Shown here: positions 1 to 12,444 of the stretch, in pieces | Position numbering within the stretch: the stretch's first letter is position 1 | How the letters are laid out: the number at the start of each line of letters is the position of its first letter | NCBI RefSeq assembly: GCF_006345805.1 | Contig: NW_021830459.1 | Span: forward strand, 1,183-65,182 | Reading direction: 5' to 3' | Origin: Octopus sinensis | Lineage: Eukaryota | DNA length: 64,000 nt | The notes under the pieces: model-generated | What the model was told of the DNA's origin: nothing | What the model saw: only the letters and a program-made list of their open reading frames with translations | Database searches by the model: none | Translations under genes and position numbers: made by a program

Positions 1-272
1 TCCACGAGGCTCCGGCAGGGGATGGTGGTGATCCCTGCTGTACTCTTTCACCACAAACTTTCTCTCACTCTTACTTCCTGTTTCTGTTGTACCTGTATTT
101 CAAAGGGCCGGCCTTGTCACTCTCTGTGTCACGCTGAATATCCCCGAGAACTACGTTCAGGGTACACGTGTCTGTGGAGTGCTCAGCCACTTACACGTTA
201 ATTTCACGAGCAGGCTGTTCCGTTGATTCGGATCAACCGGAACCCTCGTCGTCGTAACTGACGGAGTGCTTC
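1..272 (+). mobile_element. SINE family A, 3' part (cut by window edge)
   Basis: Matches the full copy at 21982-22368 and ends ...gtcgtaactgacggagtgcttcc. Confidence 0.9.
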
Positions 273-308
273 CCCCCACCTACACTTTTCGGAGCACCGA
301 GAGCAAAA

Positions 309-566
309 AGTTACGGGGTCCTAAACACACCAGCATCGGTTGTCAAGCAATGCTAGGGGGACAAACACAGACACACAAACACATACACACACATATATAT
401 ATATACATATATACGACAGGCTTCTTTCAGTTTCCGTCTACCGAATCCACTCACAAGACATTGGTCGGCCCGGGGCTATAGCAGAAGACACTTGCCCAAG
501 CTGCCACGCAGTGGGACTGCAACCGGAACCATGTGGTTGGTTAGCAAGCTATTTACCACACAGCCA
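309..566 (-). mobile_element. SINE family C, 5' portion with internal (CA)/(TA) microsatellite
   Basis: Matches full copies at 37541-37918 and 63158-63610. Confidence 0.85.
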
Positions 567-782
567 AGTTTGCTTCGTAATAACATGATTCCGTGCAGTC
601 GAATTTGATGACACAGAGTTGTACGATGAACGATTGATGTCTACTCTAGCCTGGAGCGAAATTTCATGGATGAAAAGAGAGAGAGGTAAACAGTTTCTAG
701 AAATGTAGGTCTCGGATACATTTTTATTTGTATTATGAAGGTTGGACAGTTCCCGTGACGCCTTTCCCAGGCATCGACACTG

Positions 783-2315
783 GACGCTGAGATACCAGAT
801 TGGCTGATGGTCGCATGGATTACTCTTATCCCCAAGGCGATCTGGCAGAAACGTTAGCACGCCGGGCGAAATGCGTAGCCGTATTTCGTCTGCCGCTACG
901 TTCTGAGTTCAAATTCCGCCGAGGTCGACTTTGCCTTTCATCCTTTCGGGGTCGATAAATTAAGTACCAGTTACGCACTGGGGTCGATGTAATCGACTTA
1001 ATCCGTTTGTCTGTCCTTGTTTGTCCTCTCTGTGTTTAGCCCCTTGTGGGTAGTAAAGAAATAGGATTACTCTTATCCCCAAGGACAAAAAAGACCCATG
1101 TGACCAAAAACCATAGGCCAATAAAGATGCCATGCAGCATGGTTAAACGACATGTGAAGTGAGTACTGAGGAAAATCAATTGAGAGAGACCTGATAGTAG
1201 GCTACTGGTACAAAAAGCTCAAGTACTACAGGGAAATTACTATGGACCTCTTTAAAATAAAAAAAAACAACAACAAAAGACGCTGAGATACCAGATTGGC
1301 TGACGGTCGCATGGACTACTCTTATCCCCAAGGACAAAAAAGACCCAAAACTATGTGACCAAAAACTATAGGCCCATAAAATGCCTAAATGTTACGTATA
1401 AACTGTTCACAGGTTGTTTGAATAAGTTTCTCCAAGACCCCCCCCCAAACAAAAACAAATAGAGTGATAACAGATGAACAGGCAGGAGGAAGGAGGAAGA
1501 CTGGGGCTGTGCTTGACCGCCCCTCCCCAGCAGAGCTGCTCTTAAGGAAGCCAAGCAACATCGTCATAATTTCCTAACGATATGGCTAGATTAAAAGAAT
1601 GCGTTAGTCTCTGTGCCTCGTTCATGGCTGATAGAACCACTAAATCTTGTCAAAGTACCAGCTGCTATTGTGAATGGCATTGAAAGACTGACTGCAATTT
1701 GGTCCACACAGTTAGCACTGACAACTACCAAAGCAAATAGCTAGTGTTACAAACAGAATCAAGCTATCAACAGACACATTTCAGGGCGATAGTTTATCTG
1801 TAATGCTGTCTGTATTGGCTGTGGATCCTTTGTCAAACCTGTTAAAAAATGCTACAGCTACATGCAGAGTGCGCAGAAAAGAATAAAGTTAATGTTAGCC
1901 ACACATTTTTTTGTTGGTGATTAAAAATTATATTCTGGTAATATGACCAGCATCAAGAGAACAATACTCACGAGATATAAGAATAGGGCAAGATAAATGC
2001 CCACACATGATAGTCAACCGAGGAAACATTATCGACCAGGCATAGAACATGAACATCAATGGCATGTCTCTCTCTCCTTTCTCTAATTATGAAGGCTACA
2101 AGTACTTCGAAATCGATGAGAATGTTGCATACATTAGAGACAGAATCCAGAATAACAACATAGTACTTCTGAAGACTCCGGAAAATATGGAGCTCAGAGC
2201 TCTTAACAAGACCCTATCTCACAATGCTTTTGTAGTGCCAGAGATAGTACCAACATTTAGAATATTGGACTGGTCACTCGTTGAGATACGCAGCCACGAC
2301 ATCAAAACAGAGTAG
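783..2315 (+). mobile_element. Decayed R4/Dong-like (RLE-type) non-LTR retrotransposon, RT region, with a duplicated 5' piece
   Basis: Frameshifted peptides: DLIVGYWYKKLK..EIPDWLTVAWTTLIPK, NYRPIKCLNVTYKLFTG, WLD*KNALVSVPRSWL, FQGDSLSVMLSVLAVDPLS (1780-1837), YKYFEIDEN and AFVVPEIVPTFRILDWSLVEIRSHDIKT. These follow the order of RT motifs in R4/Dong-like elements. Confidence 0.8.
838..1063 (+). mobile_element. SINE family B monomer with a 21-bp flanking direct repeat
   Basis: ggattactcttatccccaagg at both 817-837 and 1064-1084; B-box-like gagttcaaattcc. Confidence 0.9.
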
Positions 2316-2357
2316 AAACTATCACGTCAATTTTGTTTTAAAGTCTAGCGTGAAAGT

Positions 2358-2480
2358 GCGTGGCCTCATGGTAGGTCGTACTTTTCGGGTTCGATTCTCG
2401 AACCATGCGTTTCATTGTGTCCTTGGGTAAGTCACTTCATTTCACTCTTTTCTAACTTACTCACTTAAAATTGAGTTGTC
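2358..2480 (+). mobile_element. Old tRNA/CORE-like SINE remnant
   Basis: tggcctcatggt...ggttcgattc followed by gtgtccttgggtaagtcactt, a CORE-like motif. Confidence 0.4.
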
Positions 2481-3298
2481 TCTTGTGAAAAGTGGACAGC
2501 GTTGAAATGAAATAGAAAATCAACCCCGGTGGCATCTGAATTTGGAACCTAAGGGTACTCTATGAAACAACACGTAGCAATTCCACCACAACTTATGCCA
2601 ATCCGCTGCCTTTTGATTCTCTATATATTGATAACTTGAAGTCATAGAATGTTGATAAACAGGAATGAACTTTGCTTTAAAACCAACCTCATATTAAATA
2701 AGGTGATATGTTGCACCACTTGGCATCAAATAATACGATTACTGTTTGAATGATCGATATCGTGAATATTCGATTTTCTATAACTTCCATATTCGTCCGA
2801 TTGCTAATAAATTATCTTGTGCATGATGTCTATATACTTTTGTTCAAAGGCGAAGTTATGTCGCCATTTCATGTCGTGGCAAACATTCCTGTTACTGCTG
2901 TTTCATGCTGTGGCAATCGTTCCTGTTAATGCAGACATTTTCTGCTTACTCTGAAAGATTTCTTTATCAAAGAGTTGATAGAAAGGCGTACAGCAAACGG
3001 AAGTAAATCGATGAGAAGCCACTCTTGAATGTTTGACGATAATAAGGAAAGACAAATAATAAGGAATGTTTACTGCTCCTGTTAGAAATAACAGTCAAAG
3101 ATCTCTTGTGAATAACACCTTATCGACTTAAAAACAGGACACAGTTACTAATATAATCTTAGATACGTTACTCCTTCCTTGGGCACTCAGCTTCTGGTGG
3201 AATCATAGGAGCATCCTCATCACATACAGTGAAGTGCAGGAATTTTAAACTTGGTAGTTCTCCCACCTTTCTAGGATTGCCCACGGCCAATTTCATTA

Positions 3299-3347
<49 letters not shown>

Positions 3348-3654
3348 GGAGAGAGAAAGAGTAAAAAAAAGGACGGAAGGAAATGAGAGGGAAGAATCGA
3401 TGTCAAGACTTTATCATTCTAAGAGTACGAGCGGCAACGTTGATCTCCGGGATTTGAAATAGAAATCAGAGAGCCGGAACGAATGCCACAAAACATTCTG
3501 ACCTTTCAGTAACTAAGGTTGGCACTAGTACTTTACTGGTACTCTCTGTTATCGATCTCGGAAGGACAAAAGACTTCGACGATATTTGGACCTAAAAACC
3601 TAGAGCAAATCCTGCAAGACATCTGATTAAGGATTCTGGCAGTCTATCACACTA

Positions 3655-3873
3655 TATTGGTTTCAAATTTTGGTACAAGGCCAGCAATTTCGCGAATGGG
3701 GATAAGTCACTTACATCGACCCGAGGGCTCAGTTGGTAGTTATTTGATCGACTCCAAAATGATGAAATGCAAAGTTGACCCCGGCGACGTTTGACGTCAG
3801 AGCATAAAGTCGGAAGAAATGATCCTAAACACATTTTACAATACGGTAACGATTCTTCTGGCCTGCCGCCTTA
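3655..3873 (-). mobile_element. Diverged B-like SINE
   Basis: Degenerate match to family B (catcgaccc...gatgaaatgcaaagttgacc...ctggcctgccgcctt). Confidence 0.55.
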
Positions 3874-4814
3874 GTCTACCATACTGTACTAGAAATGCTA
3901 GTAATAAACCCTGCTTCTTACTTAAACACAAAAAAGAGTGAAGAACAGGATCGTCATGGTTGGAACGCATTTAATCGTAATCCTGTTTAATCTGGTTTGA
4001 CCTGATATTATACAACGAATGAAGGCCCAATAAAATGGTTGAAATGATAAATATAGCAATTGTGTATATTTCTTTTTGAAAATCGATCCAGTGTTTGAAC
4101 AGATTAAAAGTGCAATAAAAAGAAACTATTAAAGTAAATTAATGACATCAAACTATCATCATTGATCTGTCGATTGATAGAAATCAGTATAAAGTCGATA
4201 TTTTAACGGCAAAGTTGAAAAAAAAATATACCGAACATGTTTATACAGTTTCTTGTTATTAACATTTATGTTGATGGTATAAAATTATTGGCTTTTTTCT
4301 GGAGACTGTTCTTGCTTTCATCTTTCGAATCTACATTCTGTGAGTAAATGAGCAAACGTGGGTGTATTTGTGTGGTCTGTTGGTCGGCTTGAAATAGAAG
4401 TAATGTTTCATGCATATACAAAATGTACAGTATTTCAAAGCACAGATTGGATATTAAGATACGCATATATTCATGAAAGTCAGGGTAATCATTATATGTC
4501 AACTCTATTAGGATTCCAGCGGCTTTTCACTCCTGAGTCAATATGAGACTTGCGTGCGATTGTTTGACTTCTCCAAATTATAAGTGATTGCTTTAGTAAA
4601 TATTTAGATGATGAATTTCTGGATAGACTTTCCTTGGAAATAAGATGTAGTGGTCATGTATGGAGAAACTTTGAAGAGGACTGCTTAAAACCTACTTTTT
4701 TCATTTTCCTTTGAAGAACGTTCAGAGTGACAACGGTTTGGAATGCAAGGTATATCCTAAAACACTACATGTGTTAGATTTTGTCATTTTGGCTGGTTAT
4801 TAGGGCTGGACCTA

Positions 4815-4854
4815 CCACTGAAGAAGCGCAGTATTCTGAAATCACGTGATCTGG
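4815..4854 (+). ncRNA. Decayed minimal type I hammerhead-like motif
   Basis: cca-CTGAAGA-a..-GAA-ATCACGTGAT(palindrome)-C-tgg; stem II appears partly deleted. Confidence 0.4.
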
Positions 4855-5356
4855 ATACTTCCGATGCTCATACCAGACGGTTCTCGTCTGTTACGATACC
4901 CTCAATGCCATTTGGGAGGGATGGATACCGGGTGTTTCACCATTTTTTGTGGCTTGTCAACATGAATAACCCGCCGGCGATATCTAAGCGTATATATCCT
5001 GCTATGCTATTGGAGCCATCAGAAAATACACAAAACATATTCATTCATTAAACGTATGCAGTTAATAATATTTATTATACCAGAGATGCTTTTATTTCAT
5101 ATCTAAATATTCTCTGGGGTATGCAATTTCCTACCATGCTAGCTCGTGATTATACAAGCCATGAGCATAAAAGCCGTGGACTGCTTAGGCGATTTGCCTT
5201 CAACTCTGGCGAGTACGTGATGTTGAAAAGCCACAGCAATGGTGAAACACCCGGTGTCCATCACTCTCGACTGGGATTCAGGGTGAGTTATCACCCCTGC
5301 CCATGATCCTGTGGTGTTTTAGCAATGTACAAAGCATATGCATTAAGTATATGTAG

Positions 5357-5374
5357 TTAATAATGATAATAATG

Positions 5375-5451
<77 letters not shown>

Positions 5452-5460
5452 AAGAAGAAG
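5357..5460. repeat. (AAT)n followed by (AAG)n microsatellite
   Basis: Directly visible; source of the poly-I/poly-R ORF. Confidence 0.95.
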
Positions 5461-5616
5461 ATCATGGAATTTAGGTATATCGTTAATGTATTCCTTACGT
5501 GAATGTAAGAGAATGTCCCAAGAACCGTTCCAAATTTATCTTCTCCATTTTTATTTTATATTACAAATCGTCTTCTTACTCATTAAAATGATGTATATTT
5601 ATAAGTATGTATATAG

Positions 5617-5650
<34 letters not shown>

Positions 5651-5684
5651 TATATACATATATATATATATACATATAATTATA

Positions 5685-5733
<49 letters not shown>

Positions 5734-6200
5734 GTGTGTGTGTGTGTGTGTATTATTATTATTATATTATTAATTATTATTGTTATCTTTTTTTCTTCTC
5801 TTTTCAAATTTGCTTCCATTTCTTGCCGAGTGTCTTCCCGACTCCTAGGACAAAGAAACTCATAGTATGTGTGAAAAAAATAAGTTCAAGTAGAACAATT
5901 CAAACTTTTTTTTGGTGGTGGGGTCCAAAAAGATATATTTCTAATAAATATTCTTCATATCAAAATAATAGCTTGCTATAAACAGGCATTTAAGATATGA
6001 AAATAACAAGTAAAAAACTTTACGTAGTTTGTAGTAATGTGTGCGCTTATATATTTGTTCTGATACTCCAGGAAGAAATTTTAATCCAAACCACGCGTTT
6101 AATGAACCAAGCATCATTTTATCAAAGGAAGAGAGACAGCCGCTACCTAACCTGAATTAATAATAGAATGCACTCATACACATTGATATTCGTATATATA

Positions 6201-7342
6201 TTTCTTTACTACCCACAAGGGGCTAAACATAGAGGGAACAAACAAGGACTGACAAATGGATTAAGTCTATTACATCGACCCCAGTGCGTAACTGGTACTT
6301 AATTTATCGATTCCGAAAGGCAAAGTCGACCTCGGCGGAATTTGAACTCAGAAAGTAGCGGCAGACGAAATACCTATTTCTTTATTACCCACAAGGGGCT
6401 AAACACAGAGGGGACAAACAAGGACAGACATAGATATTAAGTCGATTACATCGACCCCAGTGTGTAACTGGTACTTAATTTATCGATCCCGAAAGGATGA
6501 AAGGCAAAGTCGACCTCGGCGGAATTTGAACTCAGAACGTAACGGCAGACGAAATAACCTATTTCTTTATTACCCCCAAGGTGCTAAACACAGAGGGGAC
6601 AAACAAGGACTGACAAATTGATTAAGCCTATTACATCGACCCCAGTGCATAGCTGGTACTTAATTTATCGACCCCGAAAGGATGAAAGGCAAAGTCGACC
6701 TCGGCGGAATTTGAACTCAGAAAGTAGCGGCAGACGAAATACCTATTTCTTTATTACCCACAAGGGGCTAAACACAGAGGGAACAAACAAGGACTGCCAA
6801 ATGGATTAAGTCTATTACATCGACCCCAGTGCGTAAGTGGTACTTAATTTATCGACCCCGAATGGATGAAAGGCAAAGTCGACCTCGGCGGAATTTGAAC
6901 TCAGAACGTAACGGCAGACGAAATACCTATTTCTTTATTACCCACAAGGGGCTAAACACAGAGGGGACAAACAAGGACTGACAAATGGATTAAGCCTATT
7001 ACATCGACCCCAGTGCATAGCTGGTACTTAATTTATCGACCCCGAAAGGATGAAAGGCAAAGTCGACCTCGGCGGAATTTGAACTCAGAAAGTAGCGGCA
7101 GACGAAATACCTATTTCTTTATTACCCACAAGGGGCTAAACACAGAGGGAACAAACAAGGATTGCCAAATGGATTAAGTCTATTACATCGACCCCAGTGC
7201 GTAAGTGGTACTTAATTTATCGACCCCGAATGGATGAAAGACAAAGTCGACCTCGGCGGAATTTGAACTCAGAACGTAACGGCAGACGAAATACCGCTAA
7301 GCATTTCGCCCGGCGTGCTAACGTTTCTGCCAGCTCGCCGCT
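6201..7342 (-). repeat. Tandem array of six ~184-bp SINE-B units (one with head, five head-less)
   Basis: Unit starts at about 6201, 6373, 6558, 6742, 6926 and 7110; the SINE head (ctgccagctcgccgc) is at 7327-7341. Confidence 0.95.
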
Positions 7343-7635
7343 TTAATATTCGTATATAGGTGCATCATTTTTCTTGGCTTGGTTCGAACTCAGGTTTAAC
7401 GCAGGTTTATCAGTCTCTTTTTCAATTTGCCCCTGAAGGTGATTTACAAATGGATCGATTAAAATTGGAGTTTAAAAAATATAAAACAAGAGGAATGAGG
7501 TTAAAAAGGAACTGAAATTTCAGTTCTTAATATTATTTTTGATATTGTATGTGTTAATATCGAAAAGATTTGATAATGTTAATGGCAATAAGAGTGAATG
7601 CGGGCGCACGAACATTTGTGAGTGTTTGCGTATGT

Positions 7636-7691
<56 letters not shown>

Positions 7692-8453
7692 GTGCGTGTA
7701 TGTGTGTGTGTATGTGCTTCTATGTGCGCGTGTGTTTGGAAATAGCCGTCGAGCACAGGGCAGCTGGCGTTACTATGATTGATTGCTTGATAGTTTTTCA
7801 GAGAAGGTTTGATATGGCGGACGATTGTTTGATTAAAATCTGCCGAAAGCAGAAATCATGCTTTTATTCCCAGAATCCTCTACCCCTACCCTACCCCCAC
7901 CTCACACCTAAACACACACACAAATACTTCCTAATGTGATTTCCTGGTCCTACTTGAAGATGAATGTAAAGAGAGATCTAGTTGTCTTGCAGCAGGATTT
8001 TATAACTGTTGAGTGAAGAATATGGCTTTATTCGAAATGGATGCGAGTTGGGGTGGTTGGGTAAAAGGATCGGTGGAAGAAAGAAGCACTTAACTCAAGT
8101 GGAAGAGTCGAAAAGACTTTTGCCTCGAAGACATCTGCGATACCATTTTGTTCACTGGTTTATTCTCTTTCATCTTTTTCGTTTGTTTCCTCTTTTAATT
8201 TCTTGTTAATTTTGTTAATTTAGTTTGTACGTGTCTCTGTGTTAGTGTTTTTGAGTGTCTGTACGTATATGCGTGTATATAAAGAAAGATATTAAGAAAG
8301 AGAAAGCGTAAGACACACACACACACACATACACACACACACACGCATATAGGAGAAAGAGAGAGAGAGAGCGAGAGAGAGAGTAATCCATAATGGGAAA
8401 AATACGCTCTTACAAACAGAAAAGTAATAACTAGTGGTTTATTGACTTATTAA

Positions 8454-8488
8454 GACATGGCCAGATGTTTCGACTCATGTCTCTTCTG
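8454..8488 (-). ncRNA. Hammerhead-like motif with degenerate core and stem I
   Basis: Minus strand: CAGAAGA-gac-atga-gtc-GAA-acat-ctggcc-atgt-C. Stem II (3 bp) and stem III (4 bp) are intact, with a GUC site; position 4 is A instead of U and stem I does not pair. Confidence 0.5.
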
Positions 8489-9242
8489 TGCAGACTTGTA
8501 AACATGTGGAAAGGTGAACGATATTTATTATAAATTTTGAGGTGATCTGGTTCAGTGACCAATACAATGATATTGGTTATAATAACAACAACAATATCAA
8601 CAATAGTACTTTTATGCTTATTCTTATTAAGTATCTTTCATCGAGAGAAATAACCAATCCTATCGCTGCCACCATATAATACGCCCTTTAAATGAACTTC
8701 AATCATTTGGTTGCTGATAACCAAGATATACCACTTTAGACCAGTCTGGTTCACCCATATTGGAAGGGTGTATAAAAAATAAAAACAAATTCCTGTTAGG
8801 ATTACAACCAACTCATATCGATCACGCAAATTCAATTTTAACTTAATATCAAATCGGTTACACTAAACGTGGTAATTGTTATTACTAAAATACTACATTC
8901 TACTTAAAGATAACTAACTGACGCCTACCAGGCACAATGGTGTTGCTGAATATATCCTGTAGACTACTGACAAATTAACTGTAATATCCGATTTGCTACT
9001 CCTGTTGGTCCTAACAATGACCGATGTTGGTAAGATAAGAAGAAACAACCTTGGAATTTGAAGTGACCAATACAGGCTTTAGCACATAGAAATCGTTTTG
9101 AATCCTTTTTAATTCTCTCCGCAGTTTGTCTGAACACATGCCACAAAACTCAGTCAAGCTGTTACTAAATACATATAATTCCAATTAAATGTGTCGAATA
9201 ATACTTTTTATCATTTGGTTTGTCTCTCTCCTCTTAAATGGA

Positions 9243-9625
9243 TGGAAGCTCTCCGTCGGTTACGACGACGACGGTTCCGGTTGATCCGAATCAACGGAAC
9301 AGCCTGCTCGTGAAATTAACGTGTAAGTGGCTGAGCATTCCACAGACACGTGTACCCTTAATGTAGTTCTCGGGGATATTCAGCGTGACACAGAGAGTGA
9401 CAAGGCCGGCCCTTTGAAATACAGGTACAACAGAAACAGGAAGTAAGAGTGGGAGAAAGTTGTGGTGAAAGAGTACAGCAGGGATCACCACCATCCCCTG
9501 CCGGAGCCTCGTGGAGCTTTAGGTGTTTTCGCTCAATAAACACTCACATCGCCCGGTCTGGGAATCGAAACCGCGATCCCATGACCGCGAGTCCGCTGCT
9601 CTAACCACTGGGCCATTGCGCCTCT
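9243..9625 (-). mobile_element. SINE family A, full length
   Basis: TSD ctcctcttaaat at 9228-9239 and 9627-9638. Confidence 0.92.
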
Positions 9626-9656
9626 ACTCCTCTTAAATACATACACACACACACAT

Positions 9657-9953
9657 GAAGGCGCGTGGTTTAGTGGTTAGGATATTCGGCTCGCGATCAT
9701 CGGGTCGTGAATTCGATTCCCGGCGGTTCGTTGTAACGTTGGGCGCAACACTTTATGTCACGTTGCTCCAGTTCACTAAGCTGGCAAAAAATTAGTAGTA
9801 CCTATATTTAAAGGGGCCAGCCTTGTGACACTCTATGTCACGTGAAGGGATACGCATGTCTGTGAAGTGTTCAGCCGCTTGAACTGTAATCTCACGAGCA
9901 AGCTGTTCCGTTGAACAGATCAACAGAAACCATCGTCGTTAAACGACGGAGTG

Positions 9954-9955
<2 letters not shown>
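9657..9955 (+). mobile_element. SINE family A' (CORE-like head, A-type 3' half), diverged
   Basis: Degenerate match to 26288-26607. Confidence 0.75.
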
Positions 9956-10000
<45 letters not shown>

Positions 10001-10004
<4 letters not shown>

Positions 10005-10160
10005 AAATTTAAAAGGAAATACGCACACTTACATAGTTTTAATATAATTTTTAATATATCGACCGTTTCGCTATCGCTATTCATGATATTATGTTTTACT
10101 TATTTGAATATATATTTTTTCTTAAGAAGAAATTTGGTCCATGTTGTGTGTGATGAAATT
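10001..10160 (-). mobile_element. Solo Penelope-like terminal repeat with hammerhead motif
   Basis: Reverse complement aligns with 33489-33648; (TA)n on both sides. Confidence 0.75.
10056..10089 (-). ncRNA. Minimal type I hammerhead-like motif, AUGAAUA core variant
   Basis: atatc-ATGAATA-gc-gata-gc-GAA-acggt-C-gatat. Confidence 0.6.
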
Positions 10161-10595
10161 CATATATATATATATATATGATTCGTTTTTATTTTGCATT
10201 GCTTCTTCCCTGTTCTTCGATTTTTGCGAAGGCTGAAACGAAGGAACAGCATGCTTCCATGAAATTCTATTTTCTGCTGGTGAAAAGAGCTTCAAACAGC
10301 TTACAAGGACGCTGCCATAATCAAAACTTAAGTTTACGAGTGATTTTCACGCTTTAGCAATGGTCCCTTGTCGTTTGGAGATCAACCTCGTGCAGGACGA
10401 CCGTCGACCTCCTGAACGAATGAAAACATCACGAAAATTCCTGAACTGACCTAGGAGGACCGTCACCGAAAAATAGGCGAACTTGTTGATATGACTGGCG
10501 TGTCCTAGAACTCCTGCCAACGAATTTTGAGCGAGCAACTGCGAAGGAAAAGAGTTGCAGTAAAATTTGGGCGTCGCTTGCTCACGGCTGAATGC

Positions 10596-10990
10596 GTGTC
10601 TTTTAGTTTGTCTACCAAATCCACTCACAAGGCTTTGGTCGGCTATGGTAGAAGACACTTGCCCAAGGAGCCACGCAGTGGGACGGAACCCGGAACCATG
10701 TGGTTAGGAAGCAAGATAGTTACCACACAGCCACGCCTGCGTATACATATATTCATTTATTCGTTTACTTCGTGTTTCACTCACTTGTCTACGGCGATGC
10801 TGGAGAACGCCTGGAACGGTTTTAGTCGAAAAAAAAGACCTCAGGACTTATTTCTTAAGCTTAGTACTTATTGTATTGGTCTTTATTGCCGAACAGCTAA
10901 GTTACGGAGATGGAAACTCATGAACACCGGTTGTCAAGCGGTGATCGGGGTGGGGGTGGGAGACAAAGACAGGCGCAAAGACACACACAT
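10596..10990 (-). mobile_element. Two head-to-tail diverged SINE C pieces (head at 10596-10742, 3' half at 10760-10990)
   Basis: Homology to family C; followed by a (TA)/(CA) tract to about 11370. Confidence 0.7.
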
Positions 10991-11069
10991 AAATACATAT
11001 ATACATACATACATACATACACACACAGACAAACAGACCCCACACCATACATTTATAATACATACATCA

Positions 11070-11118
<49 letters not shown>

Positions 11119-11131
11119 ATATATACATTAT

Positions 11132-11183
<52 letters not shown>

Positions 11184-11294
11184 ATATATACATTATACAC
11201 ACATCATACATATATATAAATATATATATATATACATATATATGTATGTATTATGTATATGTATATGTATATATATGTACACACACTCACATAA

Positions 11295-11365
<71 letters not shown>

Positions 11366-11696
11366 GTGCTAGCATAACCCTGTCGTCGGAAATGCCGACA
11401 GTTTTATTAATGATAGAAAATCGCGCATCAACACAATGGTTGAAGCCATTGAGAAATGTCAGCAATCAAATGAATGTATGTATACACAAAGAATTGAGAA
11501 TAGAAGCACTTGAAGAATCAGATACGGTTATAATATCTCGGTTGAAAATATCAGCCATACAATGTATGTGCACAAATATATATATATATGTACATTCCAC
11601 ACTCATATCTATATATGTGTATATGTATGTATATATATATATATCTCTCTCTATCTCTCTCTCTATCTCTCTCAATATATATATATATATTCTTTT

Positions 11697-11830
11697 ATTC
11701 TTTTACTCTTTTACTCATTCAACTAAAGCCATGCTGGAGCACCGCCTTTTAGTCGAAGAAATCGACTCATGGACTTATTGCTTGAAAGCCTGGTACATAC
11801 TTTATCGGTTACTTTTGCCGTTAAAATGTA
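11697..11830 (-). mobile_element. SINE C 3' end
   Basis: ttttactcttttac...gccatgctggagcaccgcctttt agtcga. Confidence 0.75.
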
Positions 11831-11973
11831 CAAATAGTACATTTTGTGATTTAGAGATATGTTTTATAATATATCTTATTTTTATGTATGATATGGTTTA
11901 TGTCTACCATTGTTTGAATTACATAATAGTGGTTTTTCTCTAATTTATATATATCATTATATCGACATTTTCA

Positions 11974-12021
<48 letters not shown>

Positions 12022-12029
12022 GTATATAT

Positions 12030-12112
12030 AAATAGACGAACACAGAAGCAGACAGGTCATTCGAAGCCTTTAATCTTCAGTCAGAAACCGGATCATCATA
12101 GCAAATTTCGAC
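12030..12112 (-). mobile_element. Short interspersed repeat related to 38230-38545, between (TA)n tracts
   Basis: Shares ggtcattcgaagcctttaatcttcagtca..aaccggatcatc with 38288-38330 and 39293-39335. Confidence 0.6.
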
Positions 12113-12376
12113 ATATATATATATATATATCAATCATAATAAAGGTTAATTGCAACAAGTTGCTCAAAACCACATACCGAAAATATTAGAGATAGCAGCC
12201 AAATAGATCCCTATTTCTCCTACTAATAAAACAGTCTCCACAAACAAACAGAATTTGTAACCCGTATATGGTAAAGAGAAAGAAAATAACCAAATCCCAG
12301 CCTATGGATTAATTATAGACGAATCGTTTCTGGATTAGAACCGAAGGTTCATTTCCTTGTCAATATATATATATGT

Positions 12377-12444
<68 letters not shown>

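Noticed and set aside
5121-5306. Possible exon with a strong donor (gg|gtgagt at ~5283)
   Set aside because: The peptide is unrecognisable and there is no clear acceptor or partner exon; single splice-like motifs are common by chance.
6201-7342. Regularly spaced repeats as a CRISPR array
   Set aside because: Units are ~184-bp SINE bodies with no unique spacers and no cas genes; eukaryotic context.
9291-9543. Recurrent small ORFs MVVIPAVLFHHNF... and MFIERKHLKLHE... (also at 18629, 22064, 23629, 24274, 36977, 39701, 46870)
   Set aside because: Chance frames within SINE A; they are broken differently in each copy.
10527-11943. Long YI/HT/CV/YVCM-type ORFs here and at 25384-25792, 27547-28188, 36005-36526, 41906-42514 and 62475-63026
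   Set aside because: All are translations of di- and tetranucleotide microsatellites.
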